A stretch of DNA of 64,000 nt from Nitrospirota bacterium (GTDB lineage Bacteria; Nitrospirota; Nitrospiria; Nitrospirales; Nitrospiraceae): positions 3,704 through 67,703 of the forward strand of contig JAHRHE010000001.1 in the NCBI GenBank assembly GCA_020027965.1, given 5' to 3'. Both the position numbers and the translations under genes were made by a program. The notes beneath the pieces were generated by a model that saw only the letters and a program-made list of their open reading frames with translations, was not told where the DNA came from and did not search any database. Within the stretch, counting starts at the first letter, position 1, and each line of letters opens with the position of its first letter. Shown here piece by piece: positions 8,430 to 16,444 of this stretch.

Positions 8430-9848
8430 TCAGAGCCCCTCATACGCCGCGATGGACGCGGCGATCGCGACCACCAGGTCCTCCGGATTGACGGTCGGGT
8501 CATAGTCGAAGAGCTCCGGGTGCGAATCCAGGTACGACGTATCAAAGCGCCCGGCACGGAAGTCCGGCTCTTCCATGATCTTCTCCAGAAATGGAATCGT
8601 GGTTTTCACGCCGCGCAGGACGTATTCCTCAAGGGACCGATGCATCCGGCTGACCGTCTCATCCCAGGTGCGGCCCCGCACGGTGAGCTTGGCCAACAGC
8701 GCGTCGTAATAGGGGGGCACCACGTAGTCCTTGTACACGGCGCCGTCGATGCGCACCCCGATGCCGCCCGGCGAGAGATACGCCGTGATAGTGCCGGTCG
8801 AGGGCCGGAAGTTGTTGCGCGGGTCCTCGGCGTTGATCCGGCATTGAATGGCATGCCCCTGGAGCGTCACGTCCTCCTGCCGAAACTCGAGCGGCTCGCC
8901 GGCCGCGATCGAGATCTGGGATCGCACGATGTCCACAGCAGTGATCTGTTCAGTGACCGTGTGCTCCACCTGAATGCGCGGGTTCATCTCGATGAAGTAG
9001 TACTTTCCTTCTTGATCCAGGAGAAACTCCATCGTGCCCGCGTTGTCGTAATCCACCGCGCGCGCGAGGGTGATCGCGGCCTCCCCCATCTCGGCCCGGA
9101 GGCGCGGCGTCAGGACCAGCGAGGGCGCGATTTCGATCAGCTTCTGATGGCGCCGTTGGACGGAGCAGTCACGCTCGCCCAGGTGGATGATGTTGCCGTG
9201 ACGGTCGGCGAGGATCTGGAACTCGATATGGTGGGGGCGCTCGAGATACTTCTCGATGAACAGGCTGCCGTCGCCGAACGCCGAGAGCGCCTCACGGGCG
9301 GAGGTCTCCATGCCCGACAGGAGTTCCTGTTCCGACCGGACGACTCGGAGGCCGCGGCCGCCGCCCCCGGCACTGGCCTTGATAATGACGGGGTAGCCCA
9401 CCGAGCGCGCAAAGGCCAATGCATCCTCCGTCCCGCGGATGTTCCCGTCGGTGCCGGGGACGATGGGCACCCCGACGCGCTTGGCCAACTCCCTGGCCAT
9501 GACCTTGTTGCCCATCAGGTGAATGGCGTGGGGGGATGGCCCGATGAAGGTCACGCCGGAAGCCCGACACAGGTGGGCGAACTGGGCGTTTTCCGAGAGA
9601 AAGCCGTACCCGGGGTGAATGGCGTCGGCGCGGATGCGCAGGGCCAGATCCACGATCTGTTGCATGTCCAGGAAGCCCTGGACCGGGCCTGGCCCCACCA
9701 GGTAGGCCTCGTCGGCCTTCTTGACGTAGATCCCGGTCGAGTCCTGCTCGGAATAGATGGCCGCGGTGGCGATGTTCAGCTCGCGGCAGGCGCGGATGAT
9801 GCGCATGGCGATCTCGCCGCGGTTCGCCACCAGGATTTTTTTGAACAT
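8430..9848 (-). CDS. pycA: pyruvate carboxylase subunit A (biotin carboxylase)
   Basis: 472 aa. MFKKILVANRGEIAMRIIRACRELNI, ATP-grasp GGGGRGLRVV, EMNPRIQVEHTVTE. Confidence 0.9.
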   Translation of the reverse strand: MFKKILVANRGEIAMRIIRACRELNIATAAIYSEQDSTGIYVKKADEAYLVGPGPVQGFLDMQQIVDLALRIRADAIHPGYGFLSENAQFAHLCRASGVTFIGPSPHAIHLMGNKVMARELAKRVGVPIVPGTDGNIRGTEDALAFARSVGYPVIIKASAGGGGRGLRVVRSEQELLSGMETSAREALSAFGDGSLFIEKYLERPHHIEFQILADRHGNIIHLGERDCSVQRRHQKLIEIAPSLVLTPRLRAEMGEAAITLARAVDYDNAGTMEFLLDQEGKYYFIEMNPRIQVEHTVTEQITAVDIVRSQISIAAGEPLEFRQEDVTLQGHAIQCRINAEDPRNNFRPSTGTITAYLSPGGIGVRIDGAVYKDYVVPPYYDALLAKLTVRGRTWDETVSRMHRSLEEYVLRGVKTTIPFLEKIMEEPDFRAGRFDTSYLDSHPELFDYDPTVNPEDLVVAIAASIAAYEGL

Positions 9849-10109
9849 GGGTCAGGATACCTCTCGTCGGATCGCTGGATCGCTGCCGAGTGGACCGGAA
9901 CTCGATTTGCCAGGCTCAGGAATCCGTGTAACGTATCACAGCGTTTGGAGTGTTGTCGAGCGGGCACACGGCCGCACGGGCGGGTCAGTCGCTGGCAAAC
10001 GAGGAGGGGTGCCGAGGAGGGAGCGTCACGCACGCGAGATGGGGCCGATTCTGGCGAGCGAGGGGGCCATGAGCGGGCCCCTCGCGCGGAATGCTGTTCG
10101 CCGAGTCGG

Positions 10110-10613
10110 TTACTTCGCCTTCACGAGGACGGGTTTCGATTGGGCGCTGCCGGCGCCGGTCACGATGATCACGAAGGTCATCCCGCTCTTGGCGTCCGGG
10201 ACCTTGGCTTCAACGGTGGTGTCATTCACGAACTTGTATTCAACCTTCGTGGAAGACGCCGAGCTGAACGTCACGCCGCGGAAGCATTCCTTGGTGCCGA
10301 AGTTTTCGCCCTTGATGACCACGCGGTCGCCGGGCTTCGCCTCGTCGGGTTCCACCTTGTTGATTTTGGGGCGCTTGCTCCGGTCACAGACCGGATCCTT
10401 CGCCACCTTGGATTCGTCAAACCCCTTGATCGACTCGGTGTCGAACAGACTGAACCCGGAGCCCTCGACATCGGATCCCTGTGATTCCTTCTTGGCCCCC
10501 TCCTTTTCCTTCGCCCAGATGCCGCCCATCGGGGTGACCACCAGTCCCACGGCGAACACCAGGCCCAGGAGAGGCGAGAAGCGCGTGAGCATACGGTCCT
10601 CCTTCTGCATCAT
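10110..10613 (-). CDS. secreted IPT/TIG-domain protein
   Basis: 167 aa starting at MMQKEDRMLTRFSPLLGLVFAVGLVV (signal). C-terminal PKINKVEPDEAKPGDRVVIKGENFG...VTFSS...VEAKVPD is an IPT/TIG pattern. ATGA overlap with the upstream gene. Confidence 0.6.
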   Translation of the reverse strand: MMQKEDRMLTRFSPLLGLVFAVGLVVTPMGGIWAKEKEGAKKESQGSDVEGSGFSLFDTESIKGFDESKVAKDPVCDRSKRPKINKVEPDEAKPGDRVVIKGENFGTKECFRGVTFSSASSTKVEYKFVNDTTVEAKVPDAKSGMTFVIIVTGAGSAQSKPVLVKAK

Positions 10614-11446
10614 GGTTGATTTTTCAGGTCCATGGGCGTGTACGCTTCGTTCTGCACAATTTCCTGTCCCTGCTTTGAGAGCGCAAAACGCTGGAAGGCT
10701 TCCACTGTCGGATTGGGCGTATTGGCGGTGAGCAAAAGCACTGGGCGGCGGAGCTGATACCGGCCGTCCTTGACCGTCGGTTCCTCCGGTTCCACCTTGT
10801 CGAGCGGGAGCAGGCGGACGGCCACACCGGATCTCACGGCGGCCAGCGCCTGCCCGAGGGAGATGTAGGTGACGGCGGAGAGCGGAGGCAGTGTGCCGGC
10901 GACCGTCTTGATGGCCTTGTCGTCGGGACCGATCACCTTGGCCGTGTCGGGGATCTTTCCCGCGATGCCGAGGTATGCCTCGAAGACGTGACGGAGATTG
11001 CGGTTGCGAGGCCGGTCGATGAGCAGGACCTTGGTGTCGGGTCCTCCCAAGTCGGACCACGTCCGCACCTTGCCGGAGAAAATCTCCGCGACCTGCTCCT
11101 TGGTGACCTCTTTGGTATGGTTGGAACTGTTCACCATGACCGCAATGCCGTCCCACGCGATCTGGATCGCCAGTAGGTCGGGCTCAGGTTTGCCTGTCAC
11201 GGCGGCGTGTGCTTGACCGGACTTGAGCATGTCAATGGGCTTGGAGTTTTCGTCCCACAGGACATCCACATAGGCGCGAGGGTTGGCCTTTTCAAACGCC
11301 CTAGCCAGGCGTTCGATCATCACCTGCTCGGGGCCGTTGCCGGCAATCACCAGGGAGCCGGACACCTCCCCGGCGACGTTGCTGGCGGGGAAGGCAGCCA
11401 GGCTTGCCAGCAGGAAGCCTAGGACGGTCATCACTCGAGCATGCAT
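10610..11446 (-). CDS. PstS-family / PBP-like_2 periplasmic substrate-binding protein
   Basis: Start chosen at MHARVMTVLGFLLASLAA (signal). IAWDGIAVMVNSSNHTKEVTKEQVAEIFSGKVRTWSDLGG is typical of phosphate-binding PBP_like_2. No pstCAB genes nearby. Confidence 0.65.
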   Translation of the reverse strand: MHARVMTVLGFLLASLAAFPASNVAGEVSGSLVIAGNGPEQVMIERLARAFEKANPRAYVDVLWDENSKPIDMLKSGQAHAAVTGKPEPDLLAIQIAWDGIAVMVNSSNHTKEVTKEQVAEIFSGKVRTWSDLGGPDTKVLLIDRPRNRNLRHVFEAYLGIAGKIPDTAKVIGPDDKAIKTVAGTLPPLSAVTYISLGQALAAVRSGVAVRLLPLDKVEPEEPTVKDGRYQLRRPVLLLTANTPNPTVEAFQRFALSKQGQEIVQNEAYTPMDLKNQP

Positions 11447-11605
11447 GGGGTGGTCTCCAAAAGCTTCTCTAGGATGGCTCAACAAGGAGGAATCCCTCTC
11501 GGAACGACGGACAGTCGCCCCGTCCAGAGAGCGGACGCTGGTCCCTCAGCTCGGGAGTGGAGAATAACCGGCGGAAGGAGTCCCCTGGGCGCGTCTCGGA
11601 TCAAG

Positions 11606-11923
11606 TCAGCTCGTTCCCTCTCCACGTTTCGATCCAGAGCCGCCCTCCTGCGTGACGTTCGGGGGGGGCATGGCCCGTTTTCCTGCAACGGGTGGGAGCT
11701 TGGAGAATTTATCCATACGCTCATTCAACATGCTGTAGGCTTTCATCTCGGCGAACCCAGGCTTATGGTCCCCGACGATCTTGGAGGCAAACGCCGACAT
11801 GAGTCGGGTAGCCTTCCGGGCCTGACAATGAGGGCAGGCGGTCTCCTCAGCCCTGGCGCTCACCGGTTGGACTACCTCGAACTGTTGCCCGCAGCCCTCA
11901 CAGCGATATTCGTACAGGGGCAT
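11606..11923 (-). CDS. FmdB-family zinc-ribbon protein
   Basis: MPLYEYRCEGCGQQFEV...CPHCQ is the CxxC...CxxC FmdB signature. Confidence 0.75.
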   Translation of the reverse strand: MPLYEYRCEGCGQQFEVVQPVSARAEETACPHCQARKATRLMSAFASKIVGDHKPGFAEMKAYSMLNERMDKFSKLPPVAGKRAMPPPNVTQEGGSGSKRGEGTS

Positions 11924-12087
11924 GGGTCATCCTCCTCCCTTCCACCCGCCTCGTGGCTGCATTATAGCCCAATTCGGCTCTGGATGCGACAGCGATCTTA
12001 CGGGGGTACGGGCTCTTGACCGAGGCCGCCGGGGTCAAGTATCTTAACGCGTCGGCCAACCGTTCAGGTTGGATGAAGGAGGCTGGA

Positions 12088-12264
12088 ATGTCGGTCCTGA
12101 TACGGAAGTACAAACTGGCGACGGGGCTGGTCAAGGAAGAGCGAATTGATGAGCCGGATCGGATCGACCGTTACATGGGGCTGTTCGAGAAGGAGGACAT
12201 CAAGAAGCTCCGGGCCGGCCAGAAGGTGTTCATTGAAAAGGACGAGTGGCAACTCCTGCCGTAA
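12088..12264 (+). CDS. small hypothetical protein (58 aa)
   Basis: ATG 12088 is preceded by gaaggagg at 4-5 nt. No family recognised. Confidence 0.45.
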   Translation: MSVLIRKYKLATGLVKEERIDEPDRIDRYMGLFEKEDIKKLRAGQKVFIEKDEWQLLP

Positions 12265-12276
12265 CCCCTCCGGGAA

Positions 12277-12351
12277 GGCAAAAGTAAAAAATCAAAGGGC
12301 AAAGTAACCATCCTATCACTCCTCACTTTTTACCTTTTACTTTTTGTTTTG
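12277..12351. repeat. period-7 inverted arm pair (A-rich GCAAAAG/TAAAAAT family)
   Basis: Left arm ggcaaaagtaaaaaatcaaagggcaaagtaa, right arm cactttttaccttttactttttgttttg. Confidence 0.85.
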
Positions 12352-12358
12352 TCTCTTC

Positions 12359-12562
12359 ATGGTCTACTGGGTTCACATTGCACGCTCGATCGACCGGGCG
12401 ATGCTCCATCGTGAGCGCTGTGCCGAGGTGCCCTCGAATTTTACACGGTCGGATTTCTGGGAAGGGGGCTGGTTCGATTACCCCGACAAGGAACGAGCCT
12501 TGGCGGCCATGGAACAATCGGGCGCCACCCTCCAGAAGATGTGCCCGCTCTGTAAGCCGTAA
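12359..12562 (+). CDS. small hypothetical Cys-containing protein (67 aa)
   Basis: MVYWVHIARSIDRAMLHRERCAEVP...MCPLCKP. Coding-like composition; no family recognised. Confidence 0.45.
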   Translation: MVYWVHIARSIDRAMLHRERCAEVPSNFTRSDFWEGGWFDYPDKERALAAMEQSGATLQKMCPLCKP

Positions 12563-12630
12563 CCGGCAGGCCAAGGCCCGCCGCGTGACGCGTTTAACAG
12601 AAAGAGGGAATTTGTTTCAAAGCTTTTGAA

Positions 12631-12660
12631 CCCGTCACTCGTCACCCGTCACCGGTCACG
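12631..12660. repeat. period-7 tract (GTCAC family)
   Basis: GTCAC at 12634, 12641, 12648 and 12655, just upstream of the EamA-like gene. Confidence 0.85.
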
Positions 12661-12668
12661 AATTTACC

Positions 12669-13592
12669 ATGCCTCAACTCGCCCTCTTAGTGAGCACGCT
12701 GATCTGGGGCGCTACGTTTCCTGCTACCAAGGCGGTCCTCGATCAGATTCCACCGTTCTCGTTTCTGTTCCTGCGATTCCTGCTCGGGATGCTCTTGACC
12801 GTCGGCGTCTTTCTGATGCTCCGAAACCGTTTCCGACTCGATCGCGCCCTGCTGCGCAGGAGCGCCATTGCCACCGTGTTCCTCTTTCTGGGCTATGCGC
12901 TCCAGACCGTGGGGCTTCAGTACACGACGGCCTCCAACTCGGCGTTCATTACGGCGCTCTATGTCGTCCTGGTGCCGCTCTTTCTGCGGCGCTTCCAGAC
13001 TCACACCTGGGTGTCGGCTGGCCTGGCGGTCGTCGGCCTGTGGTTTCTCCTGGATCCGGCCGTCTCGATCAACCTGGGCGATCTGTTGACGGTGGGGTGT
13101 GCGGCAGCCTTCGCCGGGCACATCAGTTGCCTGGAGAGCTATACTCGCCAGGGGAACAGCTTTGCCTTCTTTGTCTGGCAACTCATCTTCGTCACCGCCG
13201 CTCTGGTACCTGCCATGCTCATCGAATCCCCTGCATCGGCCAGCTTTGCGCCCAGTGAAATACTGTTCCTGGCCTTGACGGTTACCGGGGTGCTGGCCAC
13301 CGGCGCCTTCGCCGCACAAATCTGGGCGCAACGGCTGCTTCCGGCTCAGAAGGTCGCGCTCATCTTTTCACTCGAACCTGCCTTTGCGGCGTGGCTGGCC
13401 TGGTATTTTCTTGGGGAGCACCTGACCCAGTCGGGCTGGCTGGGAAGCGGGCTGATCCTGGCCGCTGTGGTCTTTGGCTCTGGAGTATTTACCGTGATGG
13501 GGGAGGCCAAAGCAGCGAATCGGGCGTTCCAGGGGAACCCACCCTCTGAGGTTCGACCCCAGTCACGCGTCACGCGTCACGAGTCACGGTAG
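12669..13592 (+). CDS. DMT-superfamily (EamA-like) transporter
   Basis: 307 aa, about 10 TM helices, duplicated EamA pattern (LIWGATFPATK... / ...AQRLLPAQKVALIFSLEPAFAA). Confidence 0.8.
   Translation: MPQLALLVSTLIWGATFPATKAVLDQIPPFSFLFLRFLLGMLLTVGVFLMLRNRFRLDRALLRRSAIATVFLFLGYALQTVGLQYTTASNSAFITALYVVLVPLFLRRFQTHTWVSAGLAVVGLWFLLDPAVSINLGDLLTVGCAAAFAGHISCLESYTRQGNSFAFFVWQLIFVTAALVPAMLIESPASASFAPSEILFLALTVTGVLATGAFAAQIWAQRLLPAQKVALIFSLEPAFAAWLAWYFLGEHLTQSGWLGSGLILAAVVFGSGVFTVMGEAKAANRAFQGNPPSEVRPQSRVTRHESR
13561..13589. repeat. period-7 tract (GTCAC family) inside the 3' end of a CDS
   Basis: GTCAC at 13562, 13569, 13576 and 13583. It encodes the EamA-like C-terminus SRVTRHESR. Confidence 0.85.
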
Positions 13593-13597
13593 TTCGG

Positions 13598-14059
13598 ATG
13601 GCGCAGAAATTTGGAAACTCGCGGTGGGTCAAGGAAGGATTTCTGGACAATCGCCAGGCCGGCAGTGTCGTGGGCCGGATCACGTTCGCCGTCTTAGGCC
13701 CGGTGGATATCTATCTCAAGGGTGATTGCAAGGGGGAGATCGCCGGCAAGGCGATCCGCTTCCTCAACAAGACCTTCCTCGACGAGGACCTCGCCGGGCA
13801 GGTACTCGGGGACTTCGAAGTGCCCCAGGTGGGCGAGGTGAGTCTCATTTCCTTCGATCCCCATCCCATGCTGAGCCCCCATCCGTACTTCGAATGGTTC
13901 TCCCTCCGCAAGAATCACTACCGCATCGAGTTGGCACCGGGCGACGCTACGATCCTGACGGAGACCGAGGCCGCTGAGCTGGATCGGGACAGCCAGGCTA
14001 TCAGGAATGCACTCGCGTCACAGGCGCGCTCCACTCGGGATCGAGCCGATTCCGAATGA
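13598..14059 (+). CDS. hypothetical protein (153 aa)
   Basis: Uninterrupted ORF 6 nt after the EamA stop. No family recognised. Confidence 0.5.
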   Translation: MAQKFGNSRWVKEGFLDNRQAGSVVGRITFAVLGPVDIYLKGDCKGEIAGKAIRFLNKTFLDEDLAGQVLGDFEVPQVGEVSLISFDPHPMLSPHPYFEWFSLRKNHYRIELAPGDATILTETEAAELDRDSQAIRNALASQARSTRDRADSE

Positions 14060-14074
14060 TTATGACCCCTTTCG

Positions 14075-14153
14075 GAATGCAAAAGTAAAAATTCAAAATG
14101 CAAAAACGCTGGCAATGAACTTTTTCATTTTGCATTTTTAATCGTTCATTGCC
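14075..14153. repeat. period-7 inverted arm pair (A-rich family)
   Basis: gaatgcaaaagtaaaaattcaaaatgcaaaaacg ... ctttttcattttgcatttttaatcgttcattgcc. Nested ggcaatgaac/gttcattgcc. Confidence 0.85.
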
Positions 14154-14298
14154 TTACACGTGGTTCCGCAGCATGAGCTCTTTTGGATGTGGGTTCAGAT
14201 AGACCTGATGCTCGATGTAGGCGACTTGAAACGACCGGACGTAGTGCTCGATCAGGGTGAGGGGCACGATCGGTCCTTTCAGAGGTCAGCGGGACAAT

Positions 14299-14328
14299 TT
14301 GACACCTTCTTCGCAGAACACTTAGAAT
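14299..14328 (+). promoter_or_regulatory. candidate sigma-70 promoter of hemE (TTGACA-18-TAGAAT)
   Basis: TTGACA 14299-14304, TAGAAT 14323-14328. The hemE ATG at 14338 is only 9 nt past the -10 box and has no SD. Confidence 0.5.
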
Positions 14329-14337
14329 CCAGTTCCA

Positions 14338-15363
14338 ATGAACGAGCGTTTCCTCAAAGCCTGTCGGCGCGAAGCGGTGGACTGCACGCCCGTGTGGTTC
14401 ATGCGGCAGGCCGGGCGGTACATGCAGGAGTACCAGGCGGTCCGGAAGAAGCATTCGATCCTGGAGGTCTGTAAGACCCCCGAACTGGCTGCCCAAGTCA
14501 CCCTTCAGCCGATCGAGCGGTTTCCGCTGGATGCGGCGATCATCTTTGCCGACATCCTGCTGCCGTTGGAACCGATGGGGATCCGTCTCGAGTTCACGGA
14601 AGGCGAGGGGCCCGTGATCCACAATCCCGTCCGGGACCGAGCCGCAGTGGATCACTTACGCGTCGTCGATGGTGACGAGCTTGAATTTGTGGCGGCCGCA
14701 ATCAGGCAGGCTCGCCGAGCCCTGGCCGAGCGTGTGCCGCTGATCGGGTTCGCCGGCGCGCCGTTCACGCTGGCCAGTTACGCCATTGAGGGAGGCGGCT
14801 CTAAGAATTTTCTCTACACGAAGCAGTTCATGTACCGGGAGCCGGACGCCTGGCACCGATTGATGGATAAGCTCGCGCGGGTGGTGACCGCGTATCTGCG
14901 TCGCCAAATCCATGCGGGCGCCCAGGCTATCCAACTGTTCGACAGTTGGGTCGGCTGCCTCTCGCCGACTGATTATGCCGAATATGTCCTGCCCCACGTC
15001 CAACTCATCTTCACCGGATTGCAGCGGGAACAGGTCCCGCTGATCCATTTCGGGACCGGCACCTCGGCCCTGCTTCGGCTCATGCGGGAGGCTGGAGGCG
15101 ATGTGATCGGGGTGGACTGGCGAGTGAATCTGGATGAGGCCTGGGAGCGGATGGGCTTTGACGTGGCCATTCAAGGGAATCTGGACCCGGTCGTGCTGCT
15201 GGCTCCGCTGCATGAGATCGAACGCCGGGTGGAGGACGTTCTCCGGCGAGCTGCCGGGCGCCCCGGCCATATCTTCAACCTGGGACATGGCATCCTCCCG
15301 AACACGCCGGTCGAGTCCGTCGCCGCAGTAGTGGACCTGGTCCATAAACTGAGCCAACGGTAA
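14338..15363 (+). CDS. hemE: uroporphyrinogen decarboxylase
   Basis: 341 aa. PVWFMRQAGRYMQEY signature and the overall HemE pattern. Confidence 0.9.
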   Translation: MNERFLKACRREAVDCTPVWFMRQAGRYMQEYQAVRKKHSILEVCKTPELAAQVTLQPIERFPLDAAIIFADILLPLEPMGIRLEFTEGEGPVIHNPVRDRAAVDHLRVVDGDELEFVAAAIRQARRALAERVPLIGFAGAPFTLASYAIEGGGSKNFLYTKQFMYREPDAWHRLMDKLARVVTAYLRRQIHAGAQAIQLFDSWVGCLSPTDYAEYVLPHVQLIFTGLQREQVPLIHFGTGTSALLRLMREAGGDVIGVDWRVNLDEAWERMGFDVAIQGNLDPVVLLAPLHEIERRVEDVLRRAAGRPGHIFNLGHGILPNTPVESVAAVVDLVHKLSQR

Positions 15364-15370
15364 CTGTGGA

Positions 15371-15476
15371 GCTGATGGCGTAAGGCATATGGCATATAGT
15401 ATGCAGTCTACGGACAAGAGCCGATGTGCGTTTGAGTTTGCGCCTGGCCATTCGCTATTAGCCATAAGCTATTCGC
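15371..15476. repeat. period-7 inverted arm pair (ATGGC/GCCAT family)
   Basis: gctgatggcgtaaggcatatggcatatagtatgc ... ggccattcgctattagccataagctattcgc, in the hemE-hemH spacer. Confidence 0.85.
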
Positions 15477-15488
15477 TCTGGTGAGACT

Positions 15489-16433
15489 ATGCCCAGACCC
15501 CAGAGACCCATCGCGGTACTGTTAATGGCCATGGGCGGGCCCGACAGCCTTGAAAGCGTCGAGCCGTATCTGCTTGACGTGCGGGGAGGGCGGCCCACGC
15601 CTCCGGAGTTGGTGGAGGAGATTCGGGAACGGTATCGCGCCACGGGTGGCAAATCGCCGGTCCTGGGCATCACGCGCCAGGTGGCCCGCAACCTGGAACA
15701 AAAGCTGAACGGGCCGGGAGGAGAGCGGTACCGGGTGTACGTGGGATTACGGCACTGGCATCCCTACATCAAGGAAACCTATGCGGAGTTGCTGGACGAC
15801 CGGCCGGAGCGGTTGATCGGCCTGTGTATGGCGCCCCAATACTCCGCCATGAGCATCGGGGCCTATATCAAGAAAGTCGAGGAGGCAAGAGCGACGCTCG
15901 GCGGGGACTTTCCCGTCAGCTACGTGCAGAGCTGGCATCGGCACCCTCGATTGATCAAGGCGATCGCGGACAATATTCAGCTCGGCCTGCAACAGTTCGC
16001 GCCCGAGGTACGTGGCCGCGTGCCGATCATCTTTACGGCCCACAGTCTTCCGGAGCGGATCCTCCAGATGAAGGATCCGTACCCGGACGAGGTCCGCGGA
16101 ACCATGGCGGCGGTCTGCGAACAGTTGGGTCCGGTGACCGCTCACTTCGCGTTTCAAAGCCAGGGGCGCTCCGGCGAAAAGTGGCTGGGACCTGATGTGG
16201 AAAGCACGCTGGAAGAGTTGCACCACGACGGACACCGCCACGTGCTCATCGCACCGATCGGGTTCCTGTCGGATCATGTGGAGATCCTCTACGACGTGGA
16301 CATTGAATTCAGGCGAGTGGCGCAGTCCAAAGGCATGCAGCTCGAACGCATCCCTATGCTGAACGCAAATTCGGCCCTCATTGAGACGCTGGCGTCCGTC
16401 CTGGAGGAACACCAGGCGTCGCCGGTCCGGTAA
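15489..16433 (+). CDS. hemH: ferrochelatase (HemH / coproporphyrin ferrochelatase CpfC type not resolved)
   Basis: 314 aa. AVLLMAMGGPDSLESVEPYL, FTAHSLPE, IGFLSDHVEILYDVD. Confidence 0.9.
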   Translation: MPRPQRPIAVLLMAMGGPDSLESVEPYLLDVRGGRPTPPELVEEIRERYRATGGKSPVLGITRQVARNLEQKLNGPGGERYRVYVGLRHWHPYIKETYAELLDDRPERLIGLCMAPQYSAMSIGAYIKKVEEARATLGGDFPVSYVQSWHRHPRLIKAIADNIQLGLQQFAPEVRGRVPIIFTAHSLPERILQMKDPYPDEVRGTMAAVCEQLGPVTAHFAFQSQGRSGEKWLGPDVESTLEELHHDGHRHVLIAPIGFLSDHVEILYDVDIEFRRVAQSKGMQLERIPMLNANSALIETLASVLEEHQASPVR

Positions 16434-16444
16434 TCTCTGCCCAC

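Noticed and set aside
8520-10484. Very long ORFs antisense to or overlapping known genes. Examples: 8520-10484 (+, 654 aa), 3125-4315 (+), 2149-3369 (-), 37462-38487 (+), 43698-45353 (+), 58972-60000 (-).
   Set aside because: They lie opposite or out of frame to genes with clear family motifs (pycA, sthA, THI5-like, gspE, secretin, sigma factor). They are Arg/Gly/Pro/Asp-rich with no motifs. They are typical shadow ORFs of GC-rich DNA.
10110-11156. 348-aa ORF in the track covering the IPT/TIG gene and extending upstream.
   Set aside because: The upstream two-thirds overlaps the PstS-like gene in another frame and is Arg/Gly-rich. A signal peptide begins at the internal MMQKEDRMLTRF with an ATGA junction, so the 167-aa form (10110-10613) is preferred.
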